Assembly (NCBI GenBank): GCA_038230675.1
Contig: JBBRMV010000003.1
Location: 33,744 to 97,743 of the forward strand
Origin: Sphingomonadales bacterium
GTDB taxonomy: Bacteria > Pseudomonadota > Alphaproteobacteria > Sphingomonadales > Sphingomonadaceae
Direction: 5' to 3'
Length of the DNA stretch: 64,000 nucleotides
The position numbers were made by a program, and so were the translations under genes. How positions within the stretch are numbered: position 1 is the stretch's first letter; each line of letters starts with the position of its first letter. Positions 17,390 through 28,168 of the stretch are shown here, one piece after another. The notes beneath the pieces are model-generated. The model made no database searches and was not told where the DNA came from. It worked only from the letters and a program-made list of their open reading frames with translations.

Positions 17390-17926
17390 TCAAATCCGCT
17401 TCGCCGCCTGGATCGCGATCCGGCAGCCCAACCGAATAGCACCACTTAACAACGGATAGGCAGGCGCGCGCTCGGCACCCGATGCAAGCGCTGTTTCGCG
17501 GTGTTCGATCTCATCTGCCTGAAAATCGGCGATCGCGGCCGACAATTCGGGATCGCTGTCGCCCAGTTCGGCGAGCTGCTCAGAATAATGCTTGTCGATC
17601 TCGGTCTCGACTGCCGCGGTACACGCCATCGCTGCCTCCGGGCCGATTGCCGCCGTCACCGCGCCAAGCGCGAAACCGGCGACGTTCCAGAACGGCTGGA
17701 GCGCTGTCGGGCGCACGCCGCGGGTTGCCATCATCTTGTCGAAAAAGGCGCGGTGGCGTTCCTCCTGCGCGGCCATGCCGGCAATCGCGCGCGCTGCAGC
17801 TCCCCGGTCCCCCATCACCGCAAGCTGACCGGCATAGATGCGCGTCGCGCCGAATTCTCCGGCCTGATCGACGCGGATCATCGCATCGGTCCGGCGCTTG
17901 GCATCTCCCGGCTTCCATTCGCTCAT
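17390..17926 (-). CDS. coq7: Demethoxyubiquinone hydroxylase (Coq7, di-iron)
   Basis: MIRVDQAGEFGATRIYAGQ, QEERH, AMACTAAVETEIDKHY, DEIEHR di-iron motifs; ATG at 17926. Confidence 0.92.
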   Translation of the reverse strand: MSEWKPGDAKRRTDAMIRVDQAGEFGATRIYAGQLAVMGDRGAAARAIAGMAAQEERHRAFFDKMMATRGVRPTALQPFWNVAGFALGAVTAAIGPEAAMACTAAVETEIDKHYSEQLAELGDSDPELSAAIADFQADEIEHRETALASGAERAPAYPLLSGAIRLGCRIAIQAAKRI

Positions 17927-18414
17927 GCGCGGCCCTTTCGCAGCAACATCAACACGATCGCGGTGCCGCCTGCAATCGAGAATAGCGCATTGAAGCCGGC
18001 GAGCGAGATACCGCCAAACGTCCACTGTGCCACGTCGCAGCGCACCAGCGGCGCCGCCATCACCCGCGCGAGCATATCGGCAGCACTGCCGCCGCCAGCG
18101 CTGATCGTCGAGCTGCAGGCGGTGATGCCCTGCCACCAGTGATATTCGACGCCGGCATGGAAAACGCCGATCGCGCCGCTCGTCAGGATGGCGAGTGCCG
18201 CCAGCGCGACGAGCACGCGCTTTGCATCCGCGCCGGGCACGATGAACGCGAGCACCGCAAGCGCAATCGCTGTATAATGCGGCCAGCGCTGCCAGTGGCA
18301 CATCTCGCACGGGTAAAGCCCGCCGATGAACTGCGAGCCGAGTGCCCCCGCCATCAATGCGAGCGGCAGCAGCAGCGCGATCAGGCGCGCGGTGCGGAAA
18401 TCCCCCGTCGCCAC
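17923..18414 (-). CDS. dsbB: Disulfide bond formation protein B
   Basis: GLYPCEMCHWQRWPH CxxC, HAGVEYHWW, second Cys pair (TAC...RCD); GTG start at 18414. Confidence 0.88.
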   Translation of the reverse strand: MATGDFRTARLIALLLPLALMAGALGSQFIGGLYPCEMCHWQRWPHYTAIALAVLAFIVPGADAKRVLVALAALAILTSGAIGVFHAGVEYHWWQGITACSSTISAGGGSAADMLARVMAAPLVRCDVAQWTFGGISLAGFNALFSIAGGTAIVLMLLRKGRA

Positions 18415-18418
18415 GCGA

Positions 18419-19804
18419 TCAATTTGGCTTTGGCGCCGGCGGCGGATCCAGCTCAGCCACAACCGGCCCCGGCGTCCCCGCCTTGGCAATCGCGGCGACC
18501 TGCGTCGGACCGCCGAGCCGGGCGATCGTCTGGAGCGCATAATAAAGCTGGAAATCGTCGATCTTGCGCTTTTTCAGATCGTCGGGCGAAGACTGAAGGC
18601 GGGTATCGACCTTGGTGTCTTCCTCAAGCACCGAATTATCCACCTTCGCCTCGTTGATCAGGTGGCGGCGCAGATCGTCTTCGCGGAAGGTGGGCCGCGT
18701 CTTGTAGTCGGCGTCGCTCAACTGCGGCACCAGCACGTCGGGATCAATGCCGCCTTCCTGCACCGATCGGCCCGAGGGCGTATAATAACGCGCCGTCGTC
18801 AACCGCACCTCGGTCTTGGGGCCGATCTTGAGCAGCGATTGCACCGATCCCTTCCCGAAACTGCGCTCGCCCAGAATGAGCGCGCGGTGATGGTCCTGCA
18901 GCGCGCCGGCGACGATTTCAGACGCCGAAGCGGTGCCCGAATTGACGAGCACGACGATTGGCAATCCATTCGCGAAATCGCCGGGCTTGGCGAAATAGCT
19001 TTCGATATCGGTTTTCTCACGGCCGCGCTGCGACACGATTTCGCCGTGATCGAGGAAGCTGTCCGACACCTCGATCGCCTCGTTCAAAAGGCCGCCGCCA
19101 TTGTCGCGCAGATCGACGACGTATCCGAGCGGATCATGGCCGAGTTTCTTGCGGATCTGAGCTATCGCATCGCGGGTATAGGCGCCTGTACGATCGGAGA
19201 AGGTGTTGATGTTGATGATGCCGATATCGCCCTTCACGTCCCATTTGACGGGCTTCTGGACGATGATTTCGCGCACCAGCGATATCTCGATCGGCTTGTC
19301 GCGGCCCTTGCGCACCAGTGTTATCATGATCCGGGTACCCGGCTTGCCGCGCATCTCCGAAATCGCCTCGTCGAGCGTCAGGCCATAGAGCAGCTTGCCG
19401 TTGAGCCGGGTGATATAATCGCCCGATTTCACGCCCGCGCGAAACGCCGGTGTGTCTTCTTGCGGTGCGATCACCTTTACCGCGCCGTCCTCCATCGTGA
19501 CGGACAGGCCAAGCCCGCCATAGCTGCCCTCGGTCTGGATACGCAGATTGTCGTAATCGACGCCGTTCGCAAACGAGCTATGCGGATCGAGCGCCGCCAG
19601 CATGCCCTCGATCGCGCCTTTGACGAGCACTTTGTTGTCGACCTTGTCGACATAGTTCGCCTTGACGAGATTATAGACGTCCATGAACTGATCGAGCTCA
19701 CGATAGGTATCGGTATCGACCTGCGCCATGGCCCCGGTGGTGACGGGAACGAGCGCCATCGCGGCAACGATCGCGGTGGCTTGCAACAGCATCGAACGGG
19801 GCAT
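18419..19804 (-). CDS. ctpA: S41 carboxyl-terminal processing protease
   Basis: PDZ GGLGL, DLRDNGGGLL, GTASASEIVAGALQD, FGKGSVQ motifs. Confidence 0.93.
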   Translation of the reverse strand: MPRSMLLQATAIVAAMALVPVTTGAMAQVDTDTYRELDQFMDVYNLVKANYVDKVDNKVLVKGAIEGMLAALDPHSSFANGVDYDNLRIQTEGSYGGLGLSVTMEDGAVKVIAPQEDTPAFRAGVKSGDYITRLNGKLLYGLTLDEAISEMRGKPGTRIMITLVRKGRDKPIEISLVREIIVQKPVKWDVKGDIGIININTFSDRTGAYTRDAIAQIRKKLGHDPLGYVVDLRDNGGGLLNEAIEVSDSFLDHGEIVSQRGREKTDIESYFAKPGDFANGLPIVVLVNSGTASASEIVAGALQDHHRALILGERSFGKGSVQSLLKIGPKTEVRLTTARYYTPSGRSVQEGGIDPDVLVPQLSDADYKTRPTFREDDLRRHLINEAKVDNSVLEEDTKVDTRLQSSPDDLKKRKIDDFQLYYALQTIARLGGPTQVAAIAKAGTPGPVVAELDPPPAPKPN

Positions 19805-19927
19805 GGACGCGGCACTTTCAACTGGACGATCAAAACACGCGCGCCAGCGTTCAGCGCGCAATTGGCATTGTAACGACAAACACCGCCCGATCAAAGCGCC
19901 GAACCGATGAACCGGCGATTGACGGGA

Positions 19928-21124
19928 TCAGCCGATGAGCCGCGTCATGTCGACGGGCCGGTCGCGTCGCCTCAGTTCGATCGTCACGCGCGGCGCATCC
20001 CCCTCGCCCGCTTTGCCAATCGGCGCGCCCTGCGCCACCCGCCCGCCCGTCGCCACCGACGTCGAACCAAGACTGGCGATCAGCGACGTCCAGCCGCCGC
20101 CATGATCGATGATCACCACCGTTCCGTAAGCGCGAAAGGGCCGCGCAAAGACGATCCGGCCCGCTGCCGGCGCGATCACCTGTGCGCCGGGCACCGTCAC
20201 GATCGTCAACCCGCGCGAGCGCACGCCTGCATCCGAAATCTCGCCAAGCCCGGCGACGACCTTTCCCGCAACCGGCAGACGATAGGGCGGCGCGGCGCTC
20301 GACCAGCCAAGGCCTGCGACGGGCGACGCGACTTCCCCCGGCCGGGCGGGGCGCGGCAATGGGCCGGGGAGCGATTCGAGATCGGCGCGCGTCGTCGCCT
20401 GATCGCCCAGTTGATCCATCAGATCGACGATATCGCGCGCGCGCTCGCCAAGCGCGATCGCACGATCCGATTCGAACAGCGCATCGCGGCCCAGCGCGCG
20501 CGATTTCAGCCGATGCTCGGCTTCGAGACGGGTCAGCGCCAGCCGCTCGGCTTCCAGCCGCCGCCGGCTCTCGCCGAGCGATCGCACCGCGATCGCACCC
20601 GCCGCATCGAGCCGCCGGGTCCGCGCCAGTGCTGCACGAACGCTGGTCGTGCGCTGATTGACCTGGGGGATCACTGTGCCGAGCACGGCGCGGACATGCA
20701 CCAGATCATCGACCGAACCAGGCTGCACGAGGCTGACGATCATCGGCCGCCGCGCCAGCGACTGCAGCGCCGCAATCAGCCGGACGATCGGCGCCTGTTT
20801 TTCGGCGAGCGTCGCACGCTGGCGCTCCAACAATTGGCGGACGATCGAGATGCGCGCCTGTGCCGCCGCAATATCGGCCTCGGCCCGCTGGATGCGCGCG
20901 GCAACGGCGGCTTCTTGCGCCTGCGCCTGTCGCGCTTCGTCACGCTCCCCCGCAGCGGCACGCTCAAGCGCATCGGCGCGCTGCTGTGCGGCTGCCGACT
21001 GCACTTTCGCCTCGCGCAATCGGTCGCGGTCGTTCACGCCGCCTCCCGGCGGCACTTGCGCTACCGTTCCCGCGACCGCGAGCCCCGCCGCCAGCGGCGC
21101 CATCAGGAATATCGATCGCCGCAT
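19928..21124 (-). CDS. envC: Murein hydrolase activator EnvC family (coiled coil + M23-like)
   Basis: Long coiled coil followed by LPVAGKV...VIAPAAGRIVFARPFRAYGTVVIIDHGGG; synteny with rlmH and ctpA. Confidence 0.85.
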   Translation of the reverse strand: MRRSIFLMAPLAAGLAVAGTVAQVPPGGGVNDRDRLREAKVQSAAAQQRADALERAAAGERDEARQAQAQEAAVAARIQRAEADIAAAQARISIVRQLLERQRATLAEKQAPIVRLIAALQSLARRPMIVSLVQPGSVDDLVHVRAVLGTVIPQVNQRTTSVRAALARTRRLDAAGAIAVRSLGESRRRLEAERLALTRLEAEHRLKSRALGRDALFESDRAIALGERARDIVDLMDQLGDQATTRADLESLPGPLPRPARPGEVASPVAGLGWSSAAPPYRLPVAGKVVAGLGEISDAGVRSRGLTIVTVPGAQVIAPAAGRIVFARPFRAYGTVVIIDHGGGWTSLIASLGSTSVATGGRVAQGAPIGKAGEGDAPRVTIELRRRDRPVDMTRLIG

Positions 21125-21129
21125 CGCAC

Positions 21130-21552
21130 TCACCCTTCGCGGTGATAGGGATGATTGGCAAGGATGCTGGTCGCCCGCCACAATTGTTCGGCAAGCATCG
21201 CGCGGGCGAGCAGATGCGGCCAGGTCGCGCGGCCGAACGACAGCAATAGATCGGCCTCGGCGCGATCGGCTTCGTGAAAACCGTCCGCAGCGCCAATCAT
21301 GAAGCGGGTCTCACGCACGCCCGTGTCTCGCCAGCGCTCAAGCCGCTCGGCAAAGGCCTTGGAGCCGAGCATCTCCCCCGTCTCATCGAGCAGCACCAAT
21401 TTGGTCTGCGGCTCGCGCACTGGCACCCGGCCACCCGTATCGGGCAATTCGGTAATCCGAATTGGCCAGGCAAGCCGCTTCACATAGCGATCGACCAGAT
21501 CGGCCTCGGGTCCCCGCCCGATCCGCCCGCGCGCGACGATGTGGAGCAGCAA
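21130..21552 (-). CDS. rlmH: 23S rRNA pseudouridine-1915 methyltransferase
   Basis: FMIGAADG, LSFGRATWPHLLARAMLAEQLWRA..ILANHPYHR. Confidence 0.95.
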   Translation of the reverse strand: MLLHIVARGRIGRGPEADLVDRYVKRLAWPIRITELPDTGGRVPVREPQTKLVLLDETGEMLGSKAFAERLERWRDTGVRETRFMIGAADGFHEADRAEADLLLSFGRATWPHLLARAMLAEQLWRATSILANHPYHREG

Positions 21553-21558
21553 GCGGCT

Positions 21559-21966
21559 TCAGTCGTCTTCGTCTGACGTCGCATCCGGCACGGCGACCGG
21601 CGCGTCACCAAATGCCCACATTCGCTCCAGATTATAAAAACTGCGAACCTCTGGGCGGAACAGGTGGACGATCACGTCGCCTGCGTCGATCAGCACCCAA
21701 TCGGCCGTCGGCAGGCCCTCCACCCGCGCACTGCGCCCCGTCTCCGCCTTGATCTTCTCGGTGAGCTTCGATGCCATCGAGGCGACCTGCCGGGTCGAGC
21801 GACCACTGGCGATCACCATATGGTCGGCGATGGTCGATTTGCCGGCGAGCGGTATTGAAACCATCTCGACTGCCTGATCATCGTCGAGCGATGCAAGGAC
21901 GAGACGATGCAGCGCCTCGACACCGTCGGTGTCGGACGAACGATAGCTTTGCGGGGATGAGGCCAA
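21559..21966 (-). CDS. rsfS: Ribosome silencing factor
   Basis: DHMVIASGRSTRQV, WVLIDAGDVIVHLFRPEVRSFYNLERMW. Confidence 0.95.
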   Translation of the reverse strand: MASSPQSYRSSDTDGVEALHRLVLASLDDDQAVEMVSIPLAGKSTIADHMVIASGRSTRQVASMASKLTEKIKAETGRSARVEGLPTADWVLIDAGDVIVHLFRPEVRSFYNLERMWAFGDAPVAVPDATSDEDD

Positions 21967-21974
21967 GATAGCTC

Positions 21975-22625
21975 CTAGGTTGAAGGCGCATCGGTAGCGC
22001 CGCCGGGTGCGGTTGAAGGTGTAACAGGATCGACATGCAGAAAACGGGATTGCCAGGCGGGATCGGCCTCTCGAAGCCGGGTCGCCGACGTCTCATCAGG
22101 GCGAAAGCGCAACAGCACGAGTGCCGGCAATCTCCACCTCGTCCAGCCTTGGGCCTGATATGCGGGGTGGACGAACCGCCGCAACCAACCCATCGCGGGG
22201 GCCGCGCGGGCATCCCCTTCATATCCCGGACGCGCGATGACTGCAATCGGAACCTGTCGGGCGATCCGCCGCCAGCCCCGCCACTGATCGAACTGCGCAA
22301 GATTATCGCTGCCCATCAGCCAGATGAAGCGCTTTTTCGGATAGAGTTTCGTCAGCTTGTCGATCGTGTCGACCGTGAAGCGCGTGCCAAGCCGTTGCTC
22401 GATCGCGCTCACTCGAATGGGCGCGTGCTTCGCCATCTTGACCGCAGAGGCAAACCGCGCGGCAAAGGGGGCCATATCGCTTGCCGCTTCCTTCAACGGG
22501 TTGCCGGGCGAGACGAGCCACCACACTTCGTCGAGGTCGAGCGCTGTAAACGCCGCCATACTGATCGATCGGTGACCGCGGTGCGCGGGGTTGAACGACC
22601 CGCCAAGGATGCCGATGCGGGTCAA
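21975..22625 (-). CDS. nadD: Nicotinate-nucleotide adenylyltransferase
   Basis: GGSFNPAHRGH, WWLVSPGNPLK, WLMGSDNL motifs. Confidence 0.95.
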   Translation of the reverse strand: MTRIGILGGSFNPAHRGHRSISMAAFTALDLDEVWWLVSPGNPLKEAASDMAPFAARFASAVKMAKHAPIRVSAIEQRLGTRFTVDTIDKLTKLYPKKRFIWLMGSDNLAQFDQWRGWRRIARQVPIAVIARPGYEGDARAAPAMGWLRRFVHPAYQAQGWTRWRLPALVLLRFRPDETSATRLREADPAWQSRFLHVDPVTPSTAPGGATDAPST

Positions 22626-22918
22626 GGGTCGCTCTCCGAGCGCGGAAACCAGTTTTCACTCGCATGACGCACCCGTACAATTTCAATCTCGCCATGACGA
22701 AGCCGATAGATGATCAGATACGGCGTCGTTCGCACACCAAAGACGCGGAAAGGTTCATCCAGGCCTCGACCGATCCTGGGAAAATCGACCAGTCGAAGCG
22801 CCGTGGCCTTTATCGCTCGCACAATTCGAGCGGCAGCGACGGGGTTCTCGTCGGCCAGAAAGGCGTCGATACCAACAATGTCACGCAGCGATGCCTCGGA
22901 CCAGATCAGTCGGGGCAT
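22622..22918 (-). CDS. Type II toxin, RelE/ParE family
   Basis: 98 aa; LIWSEASLRDI, LVDFPRIGR, PYLIIYRL, IEIVRVRH pattern; overlaps the antitoxin. Confidence 0.88.
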   Translation of the reverse strand: MPRLIWSEASLRDIVGIDAFLADENPVAAARIVRAIKATALRLVDFPRIGRGLDEPFRVFGVRTTPYLIIYRLRHGEIEIVRVRHASENWFPRSESDP

Positions 22919-23169
22919 CGTGCCTCGTGCCTGGCGATCATCGCGTCGAGTTCGGCCATGACGATATCATGTGGCACCGTCCGGCCGGCATCGAGATCGT
23001 CAATGCCTTCCTGCACGAATGCGAGAAATACCGCCTCGCGCCTTGCCGCCTCGGTCACGGCCATGGCGACAAATCGAGATCGGCTACGTCCCCCGGCAGA
23101 TGCTACACGATCGACAAGATCGATCGTCTCGCTATCAAGCCGCGTGGTGACGACGATGCTCTTGTCCAT
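22906..23169 (-). CDS. CopG/RHH antitoxin (ParD-like)
   Basis: 87 aa; VVTTRLD beta strand + helix-helix, GRSRSRFVAMAV, acidic C-terminus FVQEGIDDLDAGRTVPHD. Confidence 0.85.
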   Translation of the reverse strand: MDKSIVVTTRLDSETIDLVDRVASAGGRSRSRFVAMAVTEAARREAVFLAFVQEGIDDLDAGRTVPHDIVMAELDAMIARHEARCPD

Positions 23170-23176
23170 ACACTCA

Positions 23177-23186
23177 ATGTATACAT
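23177..23186. promoter_or_regulatory. Palindrome ATGTATACAT, candidate TA operator/-10 element
   Basis: Perfect 10-bp AT-rich palindrome 8-17 nt upstream of the antitoxin ATG; contains minus-strand TATACA. Confidence 0.55.
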
Positions 23187-23199
23187 ACGATGCAGCGCG

Positions 23200-24465
23200 T
23201 CAACCGCGGACCTGCCCGGTCCCGCGCGCGAGCCATTTGTAGGTAGTGAGCCCTTCGAGCGCGACCGGCCCTCGCGCGTGCAACCGCCCCGTCGCAATGC
23301 CGATTTCGGCGCCAAGCCCGAATTCGCCGCCATCGGCGAACTGCGTCGACGCATTCCACAGCACGATCGCGCTATCGACTTCGGCGAGGAAACGCTCAGC
23401 CACACCGGCATCGCCGGCGACGATTGCATCGGTGTGGTGCGATCCGTGGCGCGCGATATGCGCCATCGCCCCTGCGACGCCGTCAACAACCGCGACCGAG
23501 GCGATCGCATCGAGATATTCGGTATCCCAATCGGCATCGCTCGCCGCCACCACGGCATTGTCGAGCCCCCGCGCCGCTGCATCGCCGCGCACTTCGCAGC
23601 CTGCCTCGCGCAGCGCCGCGATCAGCGTAGCCCCGTGCGGATACGCTCGGTCGATCAACAGCGTCTCCATCGATCCGCACACGCCGGTGCGTCGCAGCTT
23701 GGCATCGATGACGATCGCCGACGCCATCGCGGGATCGGCGGATGCATCGACATAGACGTGATTGATGCCGTCGAGATGCGCCAGTACGGGTACTCGCGCT
23801 TCGGCCTGCACCCGTGCGACCAGGCTCTTGCCGCCGCGCGGGACGATCATGTCAATGCTGCCCTGCGCCTGGAGCATCGCGCCGACCAGCGCGCGATCGG
23901 TATCGCCAACGAGCATCACCACCTCGGGCGAGACCCCTGCCGCGCCGAGCCCGGTCACGAAAGCCTCATGGATGGCGTGATTACTGCCGCGCGCTTCCGA
24001 TCCCCCGCGCAGGATGGCGGCATTCCCCGACATCACGCACAGCGCCGCTGCATCCGCGGTCACATTGGGGCGGCTTTCATAAATGATGCCGATCACCCCG
24101 ATCGGCACGCGAACCCTGGCAAGCGCAATCCCGCTCGGCGCCGTCGATGCGTCGATCACCGCGCCCACCGGATCATCCAGCATCGCCACGGCTGCGACCC
24201 CCGCTGCCATCGCCGTCACTCGGTCTTGATCGAGCCGCAGCCGATCGAGCATTGCCGCCGACAGCCCGGCTGCTTCGGCGCGCGCCATATCATCGGCGTT
24301 CGCTGCCAATATCGCGTTGGTCGCGGCACGGATCGAAGCCGCGGCGCGCTGCAAGCCTGCGCGTTTCACTGCCAATGATTGGTGGCCAAGCGAACGGCTA
24401 GCGGCGCGCGCGCGCGCAGCCATGTCGGCGATCGTCAGCGAAGCTCGGTCGTCCATTTCGGTCAT
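23200..24465 (-). CDS. proA: Gamma-glutamyl phosphate reductase
   Basis: [80 protein letters not shown]. Confidence 0.96.
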   Translation of the reverse strand: MTEMDDRASLTIADMAARARAASRSLGHQSLAVKRAGLQRAAASIRAATNAILAANADDMARAEAAGLSAAMLDRLRLDQDRVTAMAAGVAAVAMLDDPVGAVIDASTAPSGIALARVRVPIGVIGIIYESRPNVTADAAALCVMSGNAAILRGGSEARGSNHAIHEAFVTGLGAAGVSPEVVMLVGDTDRALVGAMLQAQGSIDMIVPRGGKSLVARVQAEARVPVLAHLDGINHVYVDASADPAMASAIVIDAKLRRTGVCGSMETLLIDRAYPHGATLIAALREAGCEVRGDAAARGLDNAVVAASDADWDTEYLDAIASVAVVDGVAGAMAHIARHGSHHTDAIVAGDAGVAERFLAEVDSAIVLWNASTQFADGGEFGLGAEIGIATGRLHARGPVALEGLTTYKWLARGTGQVRG

Positions 24466-24558
24466 CGCGATTCGACCTAGCAGCGAGTCGGGCAAGCGCA
24501 AAACTTTGCGCTGCAACATAATCTTTCACGAGCGGCCAGAACTTGATACGCTCTTGCC

Positions 24559-25650
24559 GTGCAAGGGGGATTCGAGGCAGCAGGCGATATCGCCACGGGC
24601 GGCGTGTTTGCGCGTGCGATTGAATCCACTGCGGGCGAAATCGCGCACGGCATGCATAAGGCGAATAGCCACGGGCTCTGCCTCAATTGCGGCACCGCAC
24701 TTGCCGGCGAATTTTGCGCCAATTGCGGCCAGGCTGCGCATGTTCACCGCAAGCTATCATCGATCGGGCATGATCTGCTTCACGGCGTCTGGCACTTCGA
24801 GGGCAAGATCTGGCGCACGCTGCCGATGCTGTTCACCCGCCCCGGCGCACTTACGCGGCGCTATATTGCGGGAGAACGGGTGCGTTTCGTGTCACCGCTC
24901 GCGCTGTTTCTGTTCTCGGTGTTCCTGATGGTTGCGACCTTCGAGACGATCGGTGGGCCGATCGGCGGCGACAAGACGCGGACAAACCGCAACGGCTTGA
25001 CGCTGACCCCGCCCGAATTGGCAAAGGAGCTAAGCGAGAAAAAGGCGGTCCGCGCCAAGCTGATCGTCACGCGCGACACCCAGCGTGCGCGCAGGGCCGA
25101 CACCGAAGCGATCGACGGACGGATCGACACGATCGACGACGATATCGACGAATTGCAGACGGCTTATGATCTGACGACGGGAACCGTCATCAACATCAAG
25201 AAGAGCGAGATCAACACCGGCTGGCACTGGCTCGACGAGCGGCTGCAGCACATGGTGAAGGAACCCAAGCTTTATCTCTACAAGCTGCAATCGAGCGCCT
25301 ATAAATATAGCTGGGCGCTCATTCCCATTTCACTGCCTTTCATCTGGCTGCTATTTGCCTTCCGGCGCGATGTCGGGCCCTATGATCATGCGATCTTTGC
25401 AATCTATTCGCTGTCGGCGATGACGCTTGGCGCTGTTGTCTTGAGCGTCGCCGGGGCGATTGGCGTGCCCGGCGGGTTGATCGCGACGATCTTCACCTTT
25501 GGTCCGCCGCTGCACATGTACAAGCAGCTGCGCGGTGCCTATGGCGTCAGCCGTTTTGGCGCGATCTGGCGCACCGCGGCGCTGCTCGTCTTCGCCTTCG
25601 TCTCGGCGATTTTGTTCTTCGCGGTGGTGTTCGGCATCATCGCCAGCTGA
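24559..25650 (+). CDS. DUF3667 domain membrane protein
   Basis: CLNCGTALAGEFCANCGQ Zn-ribbon, HFEGKIWRTL..L..RPGALT..Y..G.R..F.SP..LFLF motif. Confidence 0.85.
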   Translation: MQGGFEAAGDIATGGVFARAIESTAGEIAHGMHKANSHGLCLNCGTALAGEFCANCGQAAHVHRKLSSIGHDLLHGVWHFEGKIWRTLPMLFTRPGALTRRYIAGERVRFVSPLALFLFSVFLMVATFETIGGPIGGDKTRTNRNGLTLTPPELAKELSEKKAVRAKLIVTRDTQRARRADTEAIDGRIDTIDDDIDELQTAYDLTTGTVINIKKSEINTGWHWLDERLQHMVKEPKLYLYKLQSSAYKYSWALIPISLPFIWLLFAFRRDVGPYDHAIFAIYSLSAMTLGAVVLSVAGAIGVPGGLIATIFTFGPPLHMYKQLRGAYGVSRFGAIWRTAALLVFAFVSAILFFAVVFGIIAS

Positions 25651-25656
25651 CGCCGA

Positions 25657-26031
25657 TCATCCCTTGCAGGGAAAACGCTGCCGCATCAGCCCGACGAACG
25701 CGGTCTTGACGCTGATGGTGCGCTTGGCAGGCGGCAGTGACGAGAAATAAGTGATCAGATCGTTGCTACCGATACCTGTCTTGCCGACGGGGGGCGGGCA
25801 GCTGTTCGGCTTCTTTCCCGCTGCGACTTGAGCGGCAAGCCCCTTGCGGTAATCGGCGCCGGCCGCCTTAATCTCCTCGGTGAGAAGGCCGATATCGGGC
25901 GACGCAATCGCGAGCATGCCCTGTTGCTTCAGCGCCGCCGCCTTGGCCAGAAATTCGGCAACCGTCATCGCCTGCGCTGCCACCGGCGCCATTGCCGCCG
26001 CAACGGCCACCAAGATCGTCATCGCCCGCAT
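25657..26031 (-). CDS. Small secreted hypothetical protein
   Basis: Signal peptide ending AQA, two Cys (SCPP, FPCKG); no recognised family. Confidence 0.65.
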   Translation of the reverse strand: MRAMTILVAVAAAMAPVAAQAMTVAEFLAKAAALKQQGMLAIASPDIGLLTEEIKAAGADYRKGLAAQVAAGKKPNSCPPPVGKTGIGSNDLITYFSSLPPAKRTISVKTAFVGLMRQRFPCKG

Positions 26032-26115
26032 CCGCCATCCCCGCTTTCGTTCAGCAGGGTGCATAATCCGACCGCCGATTTCGGCAAAGCCCGAATCGGC
26101 GGTCGCAATCGAGTT

Positions 26116-28077
26116 TCAGGCTCCGGCGGGGCTCGGCGTGCCGAATGGTCCCTTGGGCCGGCGGGTCTTTGGAATCGACGTGCCGCCGACGGGCAGCGCC
26201 GCCGATTTCGGCCCCGCATCCGCACGGCCGATCTCGTCACCGGCAATCAGCCGCTTGATCTCATCGCCCGACAGCGTCTCATATTCGAGCAGCGCGCCGG
26301 CAAGCAGGTGCAACTGATCGATATGATCGGTGAGGACGCTTGTCGCCTTTTCATGCCCGCCATTCACGATCCGCTTGATCTCGGTATCGATCAGTTCCGC
26401 CGTCTGGTTCGACATCCGCACCGGTCGAGCCGAAGAATAGCCGAGATAGGTCTCGCCCTCGGGCTCGGCATATTCGAGCGGACCGACGGCATCGGACATG
26501 CCCCAGCGCGTCACCATGTCGCGAGCCAGCCCCGAGGCATAGCTGATGTCCGACGACGCTCCCGATGACACCTTGTCGTAACCGAAGATGATCTCTTCCG
26601 CCACGCGGCCACCCATCGACACCGCGAGGTTCGCGTACATCTTGTCGCGGTGATAGGAATAGCTGTCGCGTTCGGGCAGGCGCATCACCATGCCGAGCGC
26701 GCGCCCGCGCGGGATGATGGTCGCCTTGTGGATGGGATCGGACGCCGGCTCATGCAGCGCGACGATCGCATGGCCGGCCTCGTGATAGGCGGTCATCCGC
26801 TTCTCATCGTCGGTCATCACCATAGAGCGCCGCTCGGCACCCATCATCACCTTGTCCTTGGCCTCCTCGAATTCGGCCATCGCGACGAGCCGCTTGCCCT
26901 TGCGCGCCGCCATCAGCGCGGCCTCGTTGACCAGATTGGCGAGATCGGCGCCCGAAAAGCCCGGCGTGCCGCGCGCAATCACCCGCGGATCGACATCGGG
27001 CGCGAGCGGCACCTTCTTCATATGGACCTGGATGATCTTGATCCGGCCCTCGATATCGGGGCGCGGCACCACAACCTGCCGGTCAAACCGGCCCGGACGC
27101 AGCAGCGCGGGATCGAGCACATCGGGCCGGTTGGTCGCGGCGATGATGATGATGCCCTCGTTCGCCTCGAAGCCGTCCATCTCGACGAGCAACTGGTTAA
27201 GCGTCTGCTCCCGCTCGTCATTGCCATTGCCAAGGCCCGCGCCGCGATGCCGGCCGACAGCATCGATTTCGTCGATGAAGACGATGCACGGTGCCGATTT
27301 CTTGGCTTGTTCAAACATGTCGCGCACACGGCTCGCGCCGACGCCGACAAACATCTCGACGAAATCGGAGCCCGAAATCGTGAAGAACGGCACGCCCGCC
27401 TCTCCCGCAATCGCGCGGGCGAGCAGCGTCTTGCCGGTGCCGGGCGACCCCATCAGCAGCGCGCCCTTGGGGATCTTGCCGCCAAGCCGAGCGAACTTCG
27501 TCGGGTCCTTCAAAAACTCGACGATCTCCTGCAATTCCTCACGCGCTTCATCGATGCCGGCGACATCGTCGAAGGTGACGCGCCCTTCTTTCTGGGTGAG
27601 CATGCGCGCGCGCGATTTGCCGAAGCCCATCGCGCCCGAGCCCGAATTCTTCTGCATCTGGCGCAGCACGAAGAACGCAATGCCGAGGAACAGCAGGAAC
27701 GGCAGCGATTGATAGAGCAGCACCATCCAGATCGACGGACCTTCTTCAGGCCGCGCGTTGATCGTCACGCCCTTTTCGAGCAGGCGATCGGTCAGCTGCG
27801 GATCGGCCGGGGCATAGGTGCGGAATTTCTCGCCGCTGGTCAGTGTGCCGGTCACAACATCGCCTGCGACATTGACCTCGCGGACCGTTCCTTCCTTCAC
27901 CTTGCCGAGAAACGCCGAGTAGCTGAGCCCGTTCGACGCGGCGACGGTTTGCGTACCGCCTTCAAACATCGTCACGAACAGCGCGAGCGCCACGAGGATG
28001 CCCACCCAGATCATCAGGCTCTTCATCCAGGGGTTGCCGCCGTTTTCAGGGCCCTGCTGCTTGTCGTTGTCGTTCAT
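26116..28077 (-). CDS. ftsH: ATP-dependent zinc metalloprotease FtsH
   Basis: Two TMs, Walker [43 protein letters not shown]. Confidence 0.98.
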   Translation of the reverse strand: MNDNDKQQGPENGGNPWMKSLMIWVGILVALALFVTMFEGGTQTVAASNGLSYSAFLGKVKEGTVREVNVAGDVVTGTLTSGEKFRTYAPADPQLTDRLLEKGVTINARPEEGPSIWMVLLYQSLPFLLFLGIAFFVLRQMQKNSGSGAMGFGKSRARMLTQKEGRVTFDDVAGIDEAREELQEIVEFLKDPTKFARLGGKIPKGALLMGSPGTGKTLLARAIAGEAGVPFFTISGSDFVEMFVGVGASRVRDMFEQAKKSAPCIVFIDEIDAVGRHRGAGLGNGNDEREQTLNQLLVEMDGFEANEGIIIIAATNRPDVLDPALLRPGRFDRQVVVPRPDIEGRIKIIQVHMKKVPLAPDVDPRVIARGTPGFSGADLANLVNEAALMAARKGKRLVAMAEFEEAKDKVMMGAERRSMVMTDDEKRMTAYHEAGHAIVALHEPASDPIHKATIIPRGRALGMVMRLPERDSYSYHRDKMYANLAVSMGGRVAEEIIFGYDKVSSGASSDISYASGLARDMVTRWGMSDAVGPLEYAEPEGETYLGYSSARPVRMSNQTAELIDTEIKRIVNGGHEKATSVLTDHIDQLHLLAGALLEYETLSGDEIKRLIAGDEIGRADAGPKSAALPVGGTSIPKTRRPKGPFGTPSPAGA

Positions 28078-28168
28078 GGTCGCTCGATACCTTTCGCAGC
28101 CATCAAGATAGGCATCCGCAGGTTAATGGCAATGGAACAGATTAGCAGCCCAGCACCAATATCGCCGA

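Noticed and set aside
24497-24512. Palindrome GCGCAAA-AC-TTTGCGC between proA and DUF3667
   Set aside because: Single copy with no second instance or known motif match; insufficient support.
23200-24558. proA without upstream proB; also lepB without rnc-era
   Set aside because: Operon splitting of these housekeeping genes is ordinary rearrangement and gives no evidence of a new function.
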